From assembly GCA_963845145.1 (NCBI GenBank), contig CAWJQU010000005.1, positions 160,001 through 224,000 of the forward strand: a DNA stretch of 64,000 nucleotides. The letters are read 5' to 3'. Position numbers and translations under genes: made by a program. The notes beneath the pieces were generated by a model that saw nothing but the letters and a program-made list of their open reading frames with translations, was not told the DNA's origin and searched no databases. Origin of the DNA: an uncultured delta proteobacterium (lineage in GTDB: Bacteria; Desulfobacterota; Desulfobacteria; Desulfobacterales; QNYZ01). Below, one piece after another: positions 1-9,986 of the stretch (its first letter is position 1; each line of letters starts with the position of its first letter).

Positions 1-1014
1 TGTGATGCGGTCATCGGGCTGATTGCCCATGTGGACACATCTTCGGCGGCCTCGGGAAAGAACATCTCCCCCGTACTTCATACGAACTACGACGGCTCCG
101 AAATCCAACTCAAAGACGGTGTAAAAATTGGCCCCGATGATAATCCCAAACTGCTATCTTGCGTGGGGGATACCATTATCACCGCCGACGGGACAACATT
201 ACTTGGGGCCGATGACAAAGCGGGCGTCGCGGAAATCATGACCGCCCTTGAATATTACCAGGCCCACCCGGAGGTGCCTCATCCGACGGTGAAGATCGGA
301 TTTACACCGGACGAGGAGATCGGTCGGGGGGCAGACAAATTTCCCATCGAAACCTTTGGTGCAGATGTCGCATTCACGCTCGACGGGTCGTTTCCCGGAC
401 AAATCAACATGGAGACATTCAACGCGGATTCCGCTTATGTCACGATAACTGGTGTCTCAACCCATCCGGGTACGGCAAAGAACAAACTCGTCAACGCCCT
501 TCGCCACATGGGCAAATTCCTCGTTCGGCTTCCCCCGGAAATAAGCCCCGAATGCACCGACGGCAGGGAGGGCTTCATTCATCCAATGAACATCGAAGGC
601 GATTCATCCAAGTCCAAGTGCCATTTGATATTGCGAGATTTCGATGAAAACAAACTGCGCGCACTGGGGCATCAGGTGAAAAAGCTCGCCGAGGTCATTA
701 ACAAAGAGGAACCGCGACTCAAAGTCGACGTCGAAATCAAACGCTCTTATCCAAACATGTATTTGTTTTTAAAGAAAAAACCGGAAATCGCGGAACGAAT
801 TGAGGAAGCCGTCCGACAGGCCGGATTGACACCGGAACTGATTCCCATTCGCGGCGGTACAGACGGTGCCAACTTGACCCGCAAGGGACTTCCCTGCCCA
901 AATATTTTTACCGGGGGTATGAATTTTCACGGTCCAACGGAATGGATTTCCACCCGCGCCATGGGCTACGCTGTTTGCACCATACTCAACCTGATGACAC
1001 TCTACACCCGCTAA
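1..1014 (+). CDS. pepT: Peptidase T (M20B tripeptidase), 5'-truncated by window edge
   Basis: Frame is open from base 1 (…GLIAHVDTS). Motifs LGADDKAG, FTPDEEIGRG, IRGGTDG and NFHG are present. Confidence 0.93.
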   Translation, partial: CDAVIGLIAHVDTSSAASGKNISPVLHTNYDGSEIQLKDGVKIGPDDNPKLLSCVGDTIITADGTTLLGADDKAGVAEIMTALEYYQAHPEVPHPTVKIGFTPDEEIGRGADKFPIETFGADVAFTLDGSFPGQINMETFNADSAYVTITGVSTHPGTAKNKLVNALRHMGKFLVRLPPEISPECTDGREGFIHPMNIEGDSSKSKCHLILRDFDENKLRALGHQVKKLAEVINKEEPRLKVDVEIKRSYPNMYLFLKKKPEIAERIEEAVRQAGLTPELIPIRGGTDGANLTRKGLPCPNIFTGGMNFHGPTEWISTRAMGYAVCTILNLMTLYTR

Positions 1015-1082
1015 ACAATGGCTGGGGGACAGGCACGTCAGGCGAATAAGCCACCGATAATGGTACACGATACCGCGCCATT

Positions 1083-2483
1083 TTAACGGGCTTGCCTGAG
1101 CTTGCGATTATGTATCTTTAAAAGATGATACAGGCCGGATCGAGAGATACCGGACAAGCGACAGGCTTGGGCCGCATCATGGCCACTGGCAACGATCAAT
1201 TCATCGAGATATTTGCCTACCATCATTTTTTGATATAATTTGTAAGGTACGATTTCGTTGGATGGGGGCGATGATTCCTGCTGGTCACGCAGATGGGTTT
1301 GAATAAATTTCACCCTGAGATCCAGCGGTAAAAAGTGCGGAAAAAGAACGGGCTCGCTGCCGGCACCAACGATGGCGGTATGCAGGGTATTGATGAGTTC
1401 CCTTACATTGCCCGGCCAGGCGTAACCTTTTAGGGCCTGAATAAAATCTTTGGAGATACCCTTTGTGTTGATCTGCATCTGATCGCACAGCTTGAACACA
1501 TAGTAACTGGCGAGCAGCTTGATATCTTCGCGGCGATCCCGCAATGCAGGTAACAGGATGTTAAAGGTAACCAGTCGAAAATAAAGATCCTTGCGGAACC
1601 GATTTTCGGCAACCATTTGCTTAAGATCTTTATTGGTAGCGGATACCAATCGAAAATCGCTGTCAACCTCAACTTTGGCGCCCAGCGGCCGAAATTGTTT
1701 TTCCTGCAGCACGCGCAACAAGGATTTCTGTGCCGAAGAATTCAAATCACCGACTTCATCCAAAAACAGGGTGCCCTTGTGTGCCTGCCGAATGAGGCCT
1801 TCTTTTTTTCTATCCGCCCCGGTGAAAACCCCCTTTTCATGCCCGAACAACAGGCTCTCCGATAGATTTTCCGGAATGTTGGTGCAATCCACGGCCACGA
1901 ATTGATGATCGGCCCGAGACGAATTCAGATGGACCGCCCGGGCAATCAACTCTTTCCCGGTTCCGGTTTCACCCTCAATAAAAACGCTCGCATCACTGGA
2001 GGCAGCTCTGGCGACAATTTCCAGGCACTCTTTCAATCTTAAATCGTTACCGACGATCCCCTCCCGATTCAGCATTTTTTGCTCTCGGAATTGAATCTTT
2101 TTTTCTCGAAATTTCAGGGCGCGTCCCAAAGTCAGCTTTATTTTACTGTAAGACGGCGGCTTCTCCAGATAATCCCATGCACCGGCTTTAAGTGCGATTT
2201 CTGCGCCGTGGGAGTCGCCATGACCGGTAATGATCATCACTTCCGGTTGAGAAGGCGCCTTTTTGAAACCGTCGATCCCCGTTAACCCGCTATCGTCCGG
2301 GAGGACCACATCCAAAAAGATGGCATCATAGTTGTCTTTATAGGCCATGGACAAACCCTGCTGCAGGCTATCCGCCAGCTTGCATACGTGCCCCAGCCCA
2401 CGAAGATACATTGCAAAGGGTGCACAAAAAATATCGTCATCATCTACAATCAGTATTTTGGGCAAATCATCTCTCCATTTCAT
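1083..2483 (-). CDS. Sigma54-dependent response regulator (REC-AAA+-Fis HTH, NtrC family)
   Basis: Receiver domain (ILIVDDD, FLDVVLP), Walker A GETGTGKE, GVFTGA loop, LFLDEV, WPGNVREL and a C-terminal HTH. Confidence 0.95.
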   Translation of the reverse strand: MKWRDDLPKILIVDDDDIFCAPFAMYLRGLGHVCKLADSLQQGLSMAYKDNYDAIFLDVVLPDDSGLTGIDGFKKAPSQPEVMIITGHGDSHGAEIALKAGAWDYLEKPPSYSKIKLTLGRALKFREKKIQFREQKMLNREGIVGNDLRLKECLEIVARAASSDASVFIEGETGTGKELIARAVHLNSSRADHQFVAVDCTNIPENLSESLLFGHEKGVFTGADRKKEGLIRQAHKGTLFLDEVGDLNSSAQKSLLRVLQEKQFRPLGAKVEVDSDFRLVSATNKDLKQMVAENRFRKDLYFRLVTFNILLPALRDRREDIKLLASYYVFKLCDQMQINTKGISKDFIQALKGYAWPGNVRELINTLHTAIVGAGSEPVLFPHFLPLDLRVKFIQTHLRDQQESSPPSNEIVPYKLYQKMMVGKYLDELIVASGHDAAQACRLSGISRSGLYHLLKIHNRKLRQAR

Positions 2484-2575
2484 TATACAATATCATTGAG
2501 AAACCATCCGAACATGGGGGTATATCGAAATTCTTAGGTCTGCAGGTCCGGTATCATGCCACGACCCACCCGTTT

Positions 2576-2694
2576 TGTCCAATATTTTGGACATCGAAAA
2601 GCCAAGGCATGAATGTTTCAATTTTTGACAACTTATTGTTTTATTAACAAAAATAATCAAGTTACTATTTATAATAAAATCCATTTTTTTGGAC
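2576..2694. promoter_or_regulatory. Putative enhancer-binding-protein sites (TGTCCA-N6-TGGACA type)
   Basis: Perfect palindrome TGTCCAATATTTTGGACA at 2576-2593. Related sites TGTTTCAATTTTTGACA (2614-2630) and TCCATTTTTTTGGAC (2680-2694). Confidence 0.65.
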
Positions 2695-2766
2695 GGATGG
2701 CGACCGACATCGTGCCAATATCGACTTTGATTGCATAACCTATTGAATTTTATATAATTAATGAAA

Positions 2767-2782
2767 TGGCACACATTTTGAT
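2767..2782 (+). promoter_or_regulatory. Putative sigma54 -24/-12 promoter of the ABC operon
   Basis: TGGCAC-ACATT-TTGAT has the correct spacing, with GA instead of GC at -12. It lies downstream of the UAS-like palindromes and divergent from a sigma54 activator. Confidence 0.6.
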
Positions 2783-2830
2783 AACAAGAGTGCTGTCGGC
2801 CCATATAAAAAGCGATTCTTTGGCAACCAA

Positions 2831-2872
2831 TGATCAAAACTTGGTGATCAAAACTTGGTGATCAAAATCTGG
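2831..2872 (+). repeat. 14-bp tandem repeat x3
   Basis: TGATCAAAACTTGG twice, then TGATCAAAATCTGG. Confidence 0.95.
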
Positions 2873-2955
2873 CGCCTCAAGCCAAGTTTTAGATACCGTT
2901 GTCGAAAAATTCGCTACGCAGTCAAGATTGACTACAAACGAAAGAAGGGAGAACG

Positions 2956-4182
2956 ATGATTATGAAACGATTTTGGAAATTATGTTTGGTTCTGGTTTCT
3001 GTTTTTTTGGTTTGCGGACTTGTGTCCGGGACATCAGTGTTTGCCGCAAAGGCCCTCAAGATTGGCATTGTGGACTGTTATTCCGGCCCACCGAGCACGT
3101 ATACCAATGATGTTCGAGATGCCTTTAAATTGGCCGTCGATAAGATCAATGCGTCCGGCGCACTTGGCCGTAAAATAGAGTTCGTTACCCGGGATAGTAA
3201 ATTCAAGGTGGATATCGGGCTGTCGGCGGCAAAGGAACTCATCATGCGGGAAAATGTGGACATCATGATGGGAACCATCAACTCCGGTTTGGCCCTGGCC
3301 ATCTCAGATCTCTGCAAGAAAGAGAAAATACCGTTTCTGGTCACCTTTTCAAAAAGTGCCAAAATTACCGGGGCCAAGGGACATCGCTATGTGTTTTCCC
3401 TAACCGAGAACAGCGCACTGGCCGGCAAAGCCATGGCGGAAAGCCTGGCCAAAAGACCCTTCATTAAATATTGGATTGGCGGGGATGATTATGAGTATGG
3501 CCACGCCATTGCCGACGCCACCTGGGAATATCTGAAAAAAATCAAGCCGGAAGTCCAACTTTTAGGACAATCCTGGTGGAAAGTACGGGAACCCGATTTT
3601 ACGCCCTATATCACCGCGATGTTGTCCGCCAAACCCGATGCAGTGATTATCGCCACAGGTGGGGCCGACTGCGTTCCCTTTCTGAAAGCCGCCAAAGCAA
3701 CCGGGTTCAACGAGAGAGTCCCTTTCATCATGCACACAGCCACAGAGCTTTCCACCCTTAAAGCCTTGGGGAAAAACGGACCCGAGGGTGTACTGGGAAC
3801 ATCCAACTACTTCCATTACTACCCGGATTCACCGGAAAACAAGGCGTTTGTTAAAGAATTTTCAGATGCCTACAATCGCCCGCCGGCTGTTGGTGCGCTC
3901 TATGGATACCTTGCGGCAAACTTTATTGAAAAAGCTTTCACTACCGCCAAATCATTCGATACGGAGAAATTCATTGATGCGTTAGAAGGTATGACCGTGG
4001 ACAGCCCGGTGGGTAAGGTCACCATGCGGGCCTTTGACCATCAGGCCGAACTGCCCATGTTTATGGGTGTAACCAAAAAATCACCTGACTATGACTATTT
4101 GATTGCGGACGACATCATCGTCATTCCGGGTGCAGAAGCCATGCCCCCCATAGACGACATCAAAGCTGCGCGAAAAAAGTAA
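2956..4182 (+). CDS. Branched-chain amino acid (HAAT/LivJ-type) ABC substrate-binding protein
   Basis: Signal peptide, INASGALGRKIEFVTRDS and DYEYG motifs; precedes livHMGF-like genes. Confidence 0.9.
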   Translation: MIMKRFWKLCLVLVSVFLVCGLVSGTSVFAAKALKIGIVDCYSGPPSTYTNDVRDAFKLAVDKINASGALGRKIEFVTRDSKFKVDIGLSAAKELIMRENVDIMMGTINSGLALAISDLCKKEKIPFLVTFSKSAKITGAKGHRYVFSLTENSALAGKAMAESLAKRPFIKYWIGGDDYEYGHAIADATWEYLKKIKPEVQLLGQSWWKVREPDFTPYITAMLSAKPDAVIIATGGADCVPFLKAAKATGFNERVPFIMHTATELSTLKALGKNGPEGVLGTSNYFHYYPDSPENKAFVKEFSDAYNRPPAVGALYGYLAANFIEKAFTTAKSFDTEKFIDALEGMTVDSPVGKVTMRAFDHQAELPMFMGVTKKSPDYDYLIADDIIVIPGAEAMPPIDDIKAARKK

Positions 4183-4334
4183 TTTAGACCTGTGATTCGT
4201 CTCTAAAGAGGCTATCATTGAAACCCAAGGCAAATTGCTCAACGATATCCTCCCGTCCGCAGATAGCTGTGGGGCTCTATGATGGGCCCCGCATCTGTCT
4301 GCCTGATAAGAATTTTCGTCGATAAGGTGTCACA

Positions 4335-5231
4335 ATGGAGATACTATCCCATATTTCACCGGCTGCTTTAGGCCAGCAATTGCTGGTGGGACTCAGCCGG
4401 ACAACTATTTTATTCATCGTAGCCTCCGGCTTGAGCCTGGTTCTCGGCGTATTGCGGATACCCAATGTTGCCCATGGGTCGCTTTATATGATCGGGGCTT
4501 TTTTGGCCTATACCATTGCCACCGCCGCAGGCGGGGGTACTTTGGGATTTTGGCTGGCCCTGATATTTGCGCCCGTCGGCGTGGCGTTAATCAGCCTGGC
4601 CGTTGAACGCGGTCTTTTCTGTCGACTTTACGAGCGGGAACATTTGATGCTGCTCTTGTTTACCTTTTCCTTTACGCTGGTTTTCGGCGATCTGGTAAAA
4701 TTGATTTGGGGGTCCGACTACCGGTCCCTGGATGCGCCCCTGTCCCTGCAAGGTTCTTTTGACATTTTCGGCTCGCCTTTTCCCAAATACAATCTATTCC
4801 TACTGATCGTCGGCCCCCTTGTTGCGCTCGGATTATGGTGGCTCACCAATAAAACCAAAATCGGAAAAATATCCAAGGCTGCGGCAGTGGATCGTGAGAT
4901 GGTGGCCGCCGTGGGAATAAATGTGAGTTGGGTATTTGCATCCGTTTTTGTCATTGGGTGTTTCCTGGCCGGATTGGGTGGTGCGCTAGTCGCACCGACC
5001 CAAAACATTACACAAGGCATGGACCACGCCATTATTATCGAAGCCTTTCTCATCGTCATCATCGGAGGTCTGGGGAATATCTGGGGTGCCCTGTTAGGCG
5101 CTCTCATTTTTGGTTTAACCGATGCCCTCGGAATATTGATTATCCCCCAATTTGCCATTGTATTTCCGTATGTAGCTGTCGTGACCGTACTTATTTTGAA
5201 ACCAAAAGGGTTGTTAAAATCGGTATGGTAA
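4335..5231 (+). CDS. livH: HAAT ABC permease (LivH-like)
   Basis: GLSLVLG…NVAHGSLYMIGA and IIGGLGNIWGA motifs; multiple TM segments. Confidence 0.9.
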   Translation: MEILSHISPAALGQQLLVGLSRTTILFIVASGLSLVLGVLRIPNVAHGSLYMIGAFLAYTIATAAGGGTLGFWLALIFAPVGVALISLAVERGLFCRLYEREHLMLLLFTFSFTLVFGDLVKLIWGSDYRSLDAPLSLQGSFDIFGSPFPKYNLFLLIVGPLVALGLWWLTNKTKIGKISKAAAVDREMVAAVGINVSWVFASVFVIGCFLAGLGGALVAPTQNITQGMDHAIIIEAFLIVIIGGLGNIWGALLGALIFGLTDALGILIIPQFAIVFPYVAVVTVLILKPKGLLKSVW

Positions 5232-5249
5232 ACAAAGGAGTGGATTATT

Positions 5250-6236
5250 TTGATCGATTCTAAGAATTCGGACCGAAAAAAAATCATCTGGGCCATTGTG
5301 GGTGTGGGCTTGTTGTTTATCCTCCCCAGCTTTCTATCCAGATTTTCAATTTATCTGATGGCCTTGATATTTACGACCGGACTGCTGGCTACCAGTTTGA
5401 ACTTGGTTCTCGGTTTCGGAGGCATGTATCAATTCCATCATGCTGTCTTCTACGGTACCGGAGCATACACCGTCGCCCTTTTCTTAACCAAGACCAGTTT
5501 GCCGGGATGGGTGGCATTTGTCTGCGCCCCAATATCGGCCGCCTTATTGAGCCTTTTATTCGGACTGATTTGCGTCAGATTGTCCAATCTGTATTTCGGT
5601 ATGTTTCAGCTTTCACTAGGGTCATTGGTCTGGGCCATTGTCTATCGATGGTACGACTTTACCCATGGTGACGACGGCATTCACGGTATCCCAGCGCCGG
5701 ATCTCATCGCCTCAGGTAAAAACGCCTACTTTTTTACGCTGATCATACTGGTGGTCAGCCTGTTTATTATGTACCGCATTGTCCATTCACCGTTCGGCCG
5801 AATCTTTTTAAGCGTACGGGACAATCCCGAGCGAAGTCAGGCCGTCGGTGTCAATGTACGGAAACATCAATTAATCGGGATGATCATAGCGGGATTTTTT
5901 GCGGGTGTGGCCGGTTCGTTATTCGTGGTGGTGGAGGGATCGGTATTTCCCGAGTTGCTGTTTTGGACACTCTCTCTGGAAGTATTGATTATGTGTCTTT
6001 TGGGGGGATGGTTTACTTTTTTAGGGCCGCTTCTCGGTGCCGCCATTATCGTTCTGCTGCGCACATTTGTCGGTATTTACACGGAATACTGGACACTTGT
6101 GCTGGGGATAGTGCTGATGCTGTTAATTTTCTTTCTCCCCGAAGGGGTGCTTGGGTATGCCGTTGAGAAATATCGCGCCAAACGAAATCCCAATTTCAGA
6201 ACCGATATTGAGACCCATAACGATAAAGGATTATAA
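5250..6236 (+). CDS. livM: HAAT ABC permease (LivM-like)
   Basis: SLNLVLGFGG, SPFGR…RDNPER and LLGG…GPLLGA motifs. Confidence 0.9.
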   Translation: MIDSKNSDRKKIIWAIVGVGLLFILPSFLSRFSIYLMALIFTTGLLATSLNLVLGFGGMYQFHHAVFYGTGAYTVALFLTKTSLPGWVAFVCAPISAALLSLLFGLICVRLSNLYFGMFQLSLGSLVWAIVYRWYDFTHGDDGIHGIPAPDLIASGKNAYFFTLIILVVSLFIMYRIVHSPFGRIFLSVRDNPERSQAVGVNVRKHQLIGMIIAGFFAGVAGSLFVVVEGSVFPELLFWTLSLEVLIMCLLGGWFTFLGPLLGAAIIVLLRTFVGIYTEYWTLVLGIVLMLLIFFLPEGVLGYAVEKYRAKRNPNFRTDIETHNDKGL

Positions 6237-6986
6237 ATGCTCTATGTCGAATCGCTGACCAAGAACTTTGATGGTTTCATGGCTGTAAACGGTGCCAATC
6301 TGGCATTGGAAGAAGGCCAGATCATCGCCGTTATCGGACCCAACGGGGCCGGCAAGACCACCCTGTTTAACCTGATCACCGGCCAATTGGTGCCATCCGG
6401 AGGAAAAATCCAATTCAAGGGTGAGGATATAACCGGCGTCGCCCCGCATTTGATTGTTAGAAAGGGATTATGTCGGTCTTACCAGGTCGTGAATATTTTC
6501 AACCGCTTGTCTGTTTTCGAGAATGTCCAGATTGCAATATTGTCCCGTCGCAAAAAGACCTTCAACCTGTTCGGTAATGCAAGCCGAATGGCTGTAAATG
6601 AAACCAACCAAATCCTTGAAAGCGTCGGATTAAAAAGCAAGGCCCACTTAATCAGTGGATCGCTGTCCCACGGTGACCAGAAAGTGTTGGAAATTGCCAT
6701 ATCGCTGGGTAACCGACCGGAACTTTTAATCATGGATGAACCAACGGCCGGCATGTCGCCGGAAGAAACCGAGGTCACGTTGGCGTTAATGCGAAAACTT
6801 TCCGGAGAGATGGGCCTGACCATCCTTTTTTGTGAACACGATATGACGATGGTTTTTGCGATTGCCCATGAAATCATGGTTATGCAACAGGGACAATCGC
6901 TCATTCAGGGGACGCCCGATGAGGTTCGAAACAGCAAGCAGGTTCAGGACGCGTACCTGGGAGGTGAAGATATATGCTACGTTTAG
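6237..6986 (+). CDS. livG: HAAT ABC ATPase (LivG-like)
   Basis: GPNGAGKTT, LSHGDQK, DEPTAGM and C-terminal AYLG. Confidence 0.93.
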   Translation: MLYVESLTKNFDGFMAVNGANLALEEGQIIAVIGPNGAGKTTLFNLITGQLVPSGGKIQFKGEDITGVAPHLIVRKGLCRSYQVVNIFNRLSVFENVQIAILSRRKKTFNLFGNASRMAVNETNQILESVGLKSKAHLISGSLSHGDQKVLEIAISLGNRPELLIMDEPTAGMSPEETEVTLALMRKLSGEMGLTILFCEHDMTMVFAIAHEIMVMQQGQSLIQGTPDEVRNSKQVQDAYLGGEDICYV

Positions 6987-7672
6987 AGAAGATTCATACC
7001 TACTATGGCCTTAGCCATATATTGTTTGATGTGTCCATTACCGTGAACGAGGGTGAGATAGTTTGCCTTTTGGGACGAAATGGCGCCGGAAAAAGCACAA
7101 CCATGCGTAGCATCATAGGCCTGACACCGCCCAAATCCGGAACCGTTACATATAAGGATGCCGATATCACCGGGGAGAAAACCCACCTTAGAGTCAGACG
7201 CGGCATCGCCTATGTACCCGATGATCGTCGGGTATTTGCCGACTTGACCGTAGAGGAAAATCTTGAGATATCGGCACGCGCTGCAAAAACGGACCAAGGC
7301 TGGGACGCTGACCGGGTCTATCGCTTTTTCCCTGCCCTGGAAAAAATAAAAACCCGCCGGTCCGGGCATTTGAGCGGCGGTGAACAGCAGATGCTTACCA
7401 TTGGGAGAGCCCTGATGACCAACCCGGATTTTCTTCTTTTGGACGAACCCACCGAGGGGCTGGCCCCATTGGTCGTCAAAATGCTGGCCGAACAGATTGC
7501 CCGCTTAAGAGATACGGGTTTAACGGTGCTTCTGGCTGAGCAAAACCAGGATGTGGCGTTGGGTTTGAGCAACCGGGTATATGTCATCGACAATGGTTCC
7601 ATCAAATATACCGGGACGGTGGATGAACTAAAGGCTAATGAGGAAATCCGGAAAAAATATCTCTGCGTTTGA
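6974..7672 (+). CDS. livF: HAAT ABC ATPase (LivF-like)
   Basis: GRNGAGKST, LSGGEQQML, DEPTEGLAP and EQN motifs. Confidence 0.93.
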   Translation: MLRLEKIHTYYGLSHILFDVSITVNEGEIVCLLGRNGAGKSTTMRSIIGLTPPKSGTVTYKDADITGEKTHLRVRRGIAYVPDDRRVFADLTVEENLEISARAAKTDQGWDADRVYRFFPALEKIKTRRSGHLSGGEQQMLTIGRALMTNPDFLLLDEPTEGLAPLVVKMLAEQIARLRDTGLTVLLAEQNQDVALGLSNRVYVIDNGSIKYTGTVDELKANEEIRKKYLCV

Positions 7673-7861
7673 TTGGGGTACCATTTCAAAAGTACGCCAC
7701 CAATGTACTAAGCCTTAAAAATACCCGACAAACGTACCGAAATGCCCATCGGGCCGAATCCCTTGCAGCCCCCTTTTTAGTTGCATAAAATTCCATATCG
7801 AATATATTTACCAAACCCCTTATCAAAATGGGATCGAAACCAATCTCTACGGAAAACCGAT

Positions 7862-8005
7862 TACAAGGTATCTCAAAATAAATGTTAGTGTTCTTGGCAA
7901 GGCGCAAAACGGTGAAAAAGCGGAGCATACACGTAGTATGTGAGCATTTTGAACCGTTTTGCAACGCCGCCAGGGGCGCTTAGATTTTTTTTGAGATACC
8001 TTGTA
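7862..8005. mobile_element. MITE-like 144-bp element with 17-bp perfect terminal inverted repeats
   Basis: TACAAGGTATCTCAAAA (7862-7878) and TTTTGAGATACCTTGTA (7989-8005). Nested inverted repeat CAAAACGGT/ACCGTTTTG, central CATAC-ACGTA-GTATG hairpin, TA at both ends. Confidence 0.8.
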
Positions 8006-8086
8006 GAGACCCCTTGGTCTTCGTTTTGTTTTTAGGTTTTTGATTGGTATTAGGGCTGATTCACCGTGAATATAGGGTGTACCGCC

Positions 8087-9076
8087 ATGACATTACCTCG
8101 CAACTTGCTCTGTTGCCTGTTTCTATTATGCCTCCTTCTTCCAGCATCCGCCGGGGCTGTGAATCGTGTATTACTGGTCCACAGCTACCACGAGGGATAC
8201 CCTCATGCAGATGATATCACTCTGGGGGTGAGAGGTGGTTTGTCTGGGGAGGCAATTGAGCTGACTATTTTCTACATGGATACAAAGCGGAACCCGGCCC
8301 CTCTCTCCAAAAAAAAAGCAGGGCGTTTGGCTATTGCTGCGGCCCACAAAATAGATCCGGACGTTATCATCACTGCGGATGACAATGCCCAAGATTATGT
8401 TGCCAAGGCGTTTCTCGGCAAAAAACGCCCACAGGTAGTGTTTTGCGGAGTCAACGCTGACCCCGCCCTCTATGGGTTCCCAGCATCAAACGCAACCGGT
8501 ATTGTAGAGCGACCCCATTTTATCCAATCATTTGAAATGCTTCAGGTTATTGATCCCAAAGTACGAACCGTCGCAATCATTACGGATGACAGCACTACGT
8601 CGGATCAATTGATCAAGGATATCAAATCGAAAGATCTGCCACTCAAAATAACAGCCATTGTCCAACCATCCACCTTTTTACAATGGAAGCAGCGCATTCA
8701 GGAATTCCAACAATCCGCGGATGCCATCTGCATTATTGTCTATCATACCGTTAAAGCAAAGGCTGGTGGCGAAACCATTATGTCACCCCAAGAAGTCATG
8801 GCATGGACCGTGGAAAATAATTCCAAACCACTCTTTTCTGTAGCATCCTTCAGTGTGGAAGAAGGTGCCCTGTTCGGTGTTGTCAACAGTGGTCACGAAC
8901 AAGGAGCGGCTGCCGCAAAGATGACACGGTTACTCCTGAAGGGCGAAAAAGCGGAAAATATCCCCATTGCCTACCCTAAAAAGGGAGCCGTTTTTCTCAA
9001 CATAAAAACCGCCGAAAAAATGGGGTACGACATTCCCTACCATATCATTCAGTCTACCGATAAAATATTTGAGTAA
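8087..9076 (+). CDS. Stand-alone ABC_sub_bind-type periplasmic binding protein
   Basis: Signal peptide, VLLVHSYH, YMDTKR, DDNA, VFCGVN and LNIKTAEKMG motifs. Confidence 0.8.
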   Translation: MTLPRNLLCCLFLLCLLLPASAGAVNRVLLVHSYHEGYPHADDITLGVRGGLSGEAIELTIFYMDTKRNPAPLSKKKAGRLAIAAAHKIDPDVIITADDNAQDYVAKAFLGKKRPQVVFCGVNADPALYGFPASNATGIVERPHFIQSFEMLQVIDPKVRTVAIITDDSTTSDQLIKDIKSKDLPLKITAIVQPSTFLQWKQRIQEFQQSADAICIIVYHTVKAKAGGETIMSPQEVMAWTVENNSKPLFSVASFSVEEGALFGVVNSGHEQGAAAAKMTRLLLKGEKAENIPIAYPKKGAVFLNIKTAEKMGYDIPYHIIQSTDKIFE

Positions 9077-9088
9077 TAAGATGAACCC

Positions 9089-9793
9089 ATGAAAAAATTG
9101 GGCGATGAATATAAGATTGGCCTGGTTTTGCTTTCATCCGATTTGAAAGTAGTCGGTTTAAATCTATATGCTAAAGAGGTTTTGGGTCCTCGTTTTGGCA
9201 CCTTGGGAAAATCAATCTACAGCTATCACCCCAAAAGCAGCCATAAGGTATTGCGTTCGATTCTGCGCAACAATCGAAAAACCGGGCAGGATGCACCCCT
9301 TTTAAAAATTATCGATGTTATGGGCAAAATACTCCTTATTAACTTCGGACACCTCGAAATAGCCGATAGTTATCAGGAGCCGTCACGCTTCATGACCTTC
9401 ATCGATGCCACACTGCAAACGGATGCCCGTACCAACCCTGAAAGCGGATTGGTCGAATTTAATAAATTTCCGGTGACGCATCGGGGTGCTCATATCTTTT
9501 TGGATTCCGATGATATCTATCTCTTTGAGTCGGATGGGAATTATTGTCATCTATTCACCGCTGACCGTTCTTATCATGTCCAAATTACGTTAAAAACGAT
9601 TTTGAAACGGTATACCGGCGCCCATTTTTTTCAGGTCCATAAGAGCTATATCGCCAACCTCAACAAGATTAAAAAGCTACAATTATCTTCCCACAATAAG
9701 GCGTCTATTGCATTCACACATCCAGAGATCCCTTCAGTACCTGTAGCCCGAAGAAGGATTCAATTGTTAAAACAGGCGTTGAATCTAAATTAA
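9089..9793 (+). CDS. rcoM: PAS-LytTR transcription factor, RcoM-like CO sensor
   Basis: N-terminal PAS with HP motif (YHPKSS), C-terminal LytTR (ESDGNY, FFQVHKSYIANL, VPVARRR). Lies directly upstream of a CODH operon. Confidence 0.75.
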   Translation: MKKLGDEYKIGLVLLSSDLKVVGLNLYAKEVLGPRFGTLGKSIYSYHPKSSHKVLRSILRNNRKTGQDAPLLKIIDVMGKILLINFGHLEIADSYQEPSRFMTFIDATLQTDARTNPESGLVEFNKFPVTHRGAHIFLDSDDIYLFESDGNYCHLFTADRSYHVQITLKTILKRYTGAHFFQVHKSYIANLNKIKKLQLSSHNKASIAFTHPEIPSVPVARRRIQLLKQALNLN

Positions 9794-9833
9794 CCTTCAT
9801 TCTTTTCTGACTATTTGAATTTTAATCGCAACA

Positions 9834-9902
9834 ACCGCATGTCATCGGATTCATACCGGTCGTCAAATATCGCTTGAAAATGAATTATTAAAAAAATATG
9901 AT
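9834..9902 (+). promoter_or_regulatory. LytTR-type direct repeats plus sigma70 promoter of the CODH operon
   Basis: ACCGCATGTCA (9834) and ACCGGTCGTCA (9855) are 21 bp apart, followed by TTGAAA(9874)-17 bp-TATGAT(9897). Confidence 0.65.
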
Positions 9903-9986
9903 TCATTCATCTAAAAAACCGCCTCAGGGAAAAAGCAAGCCGGCCCTCCCGGCTAATGTCCGAAACGAAATAAAAAAGGGGGACAT

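Noticed and set aside
2831..2872. CRISPR array
   Set aside because: The units are contiguous 14-mers with no spacers, and no cas genes are present.
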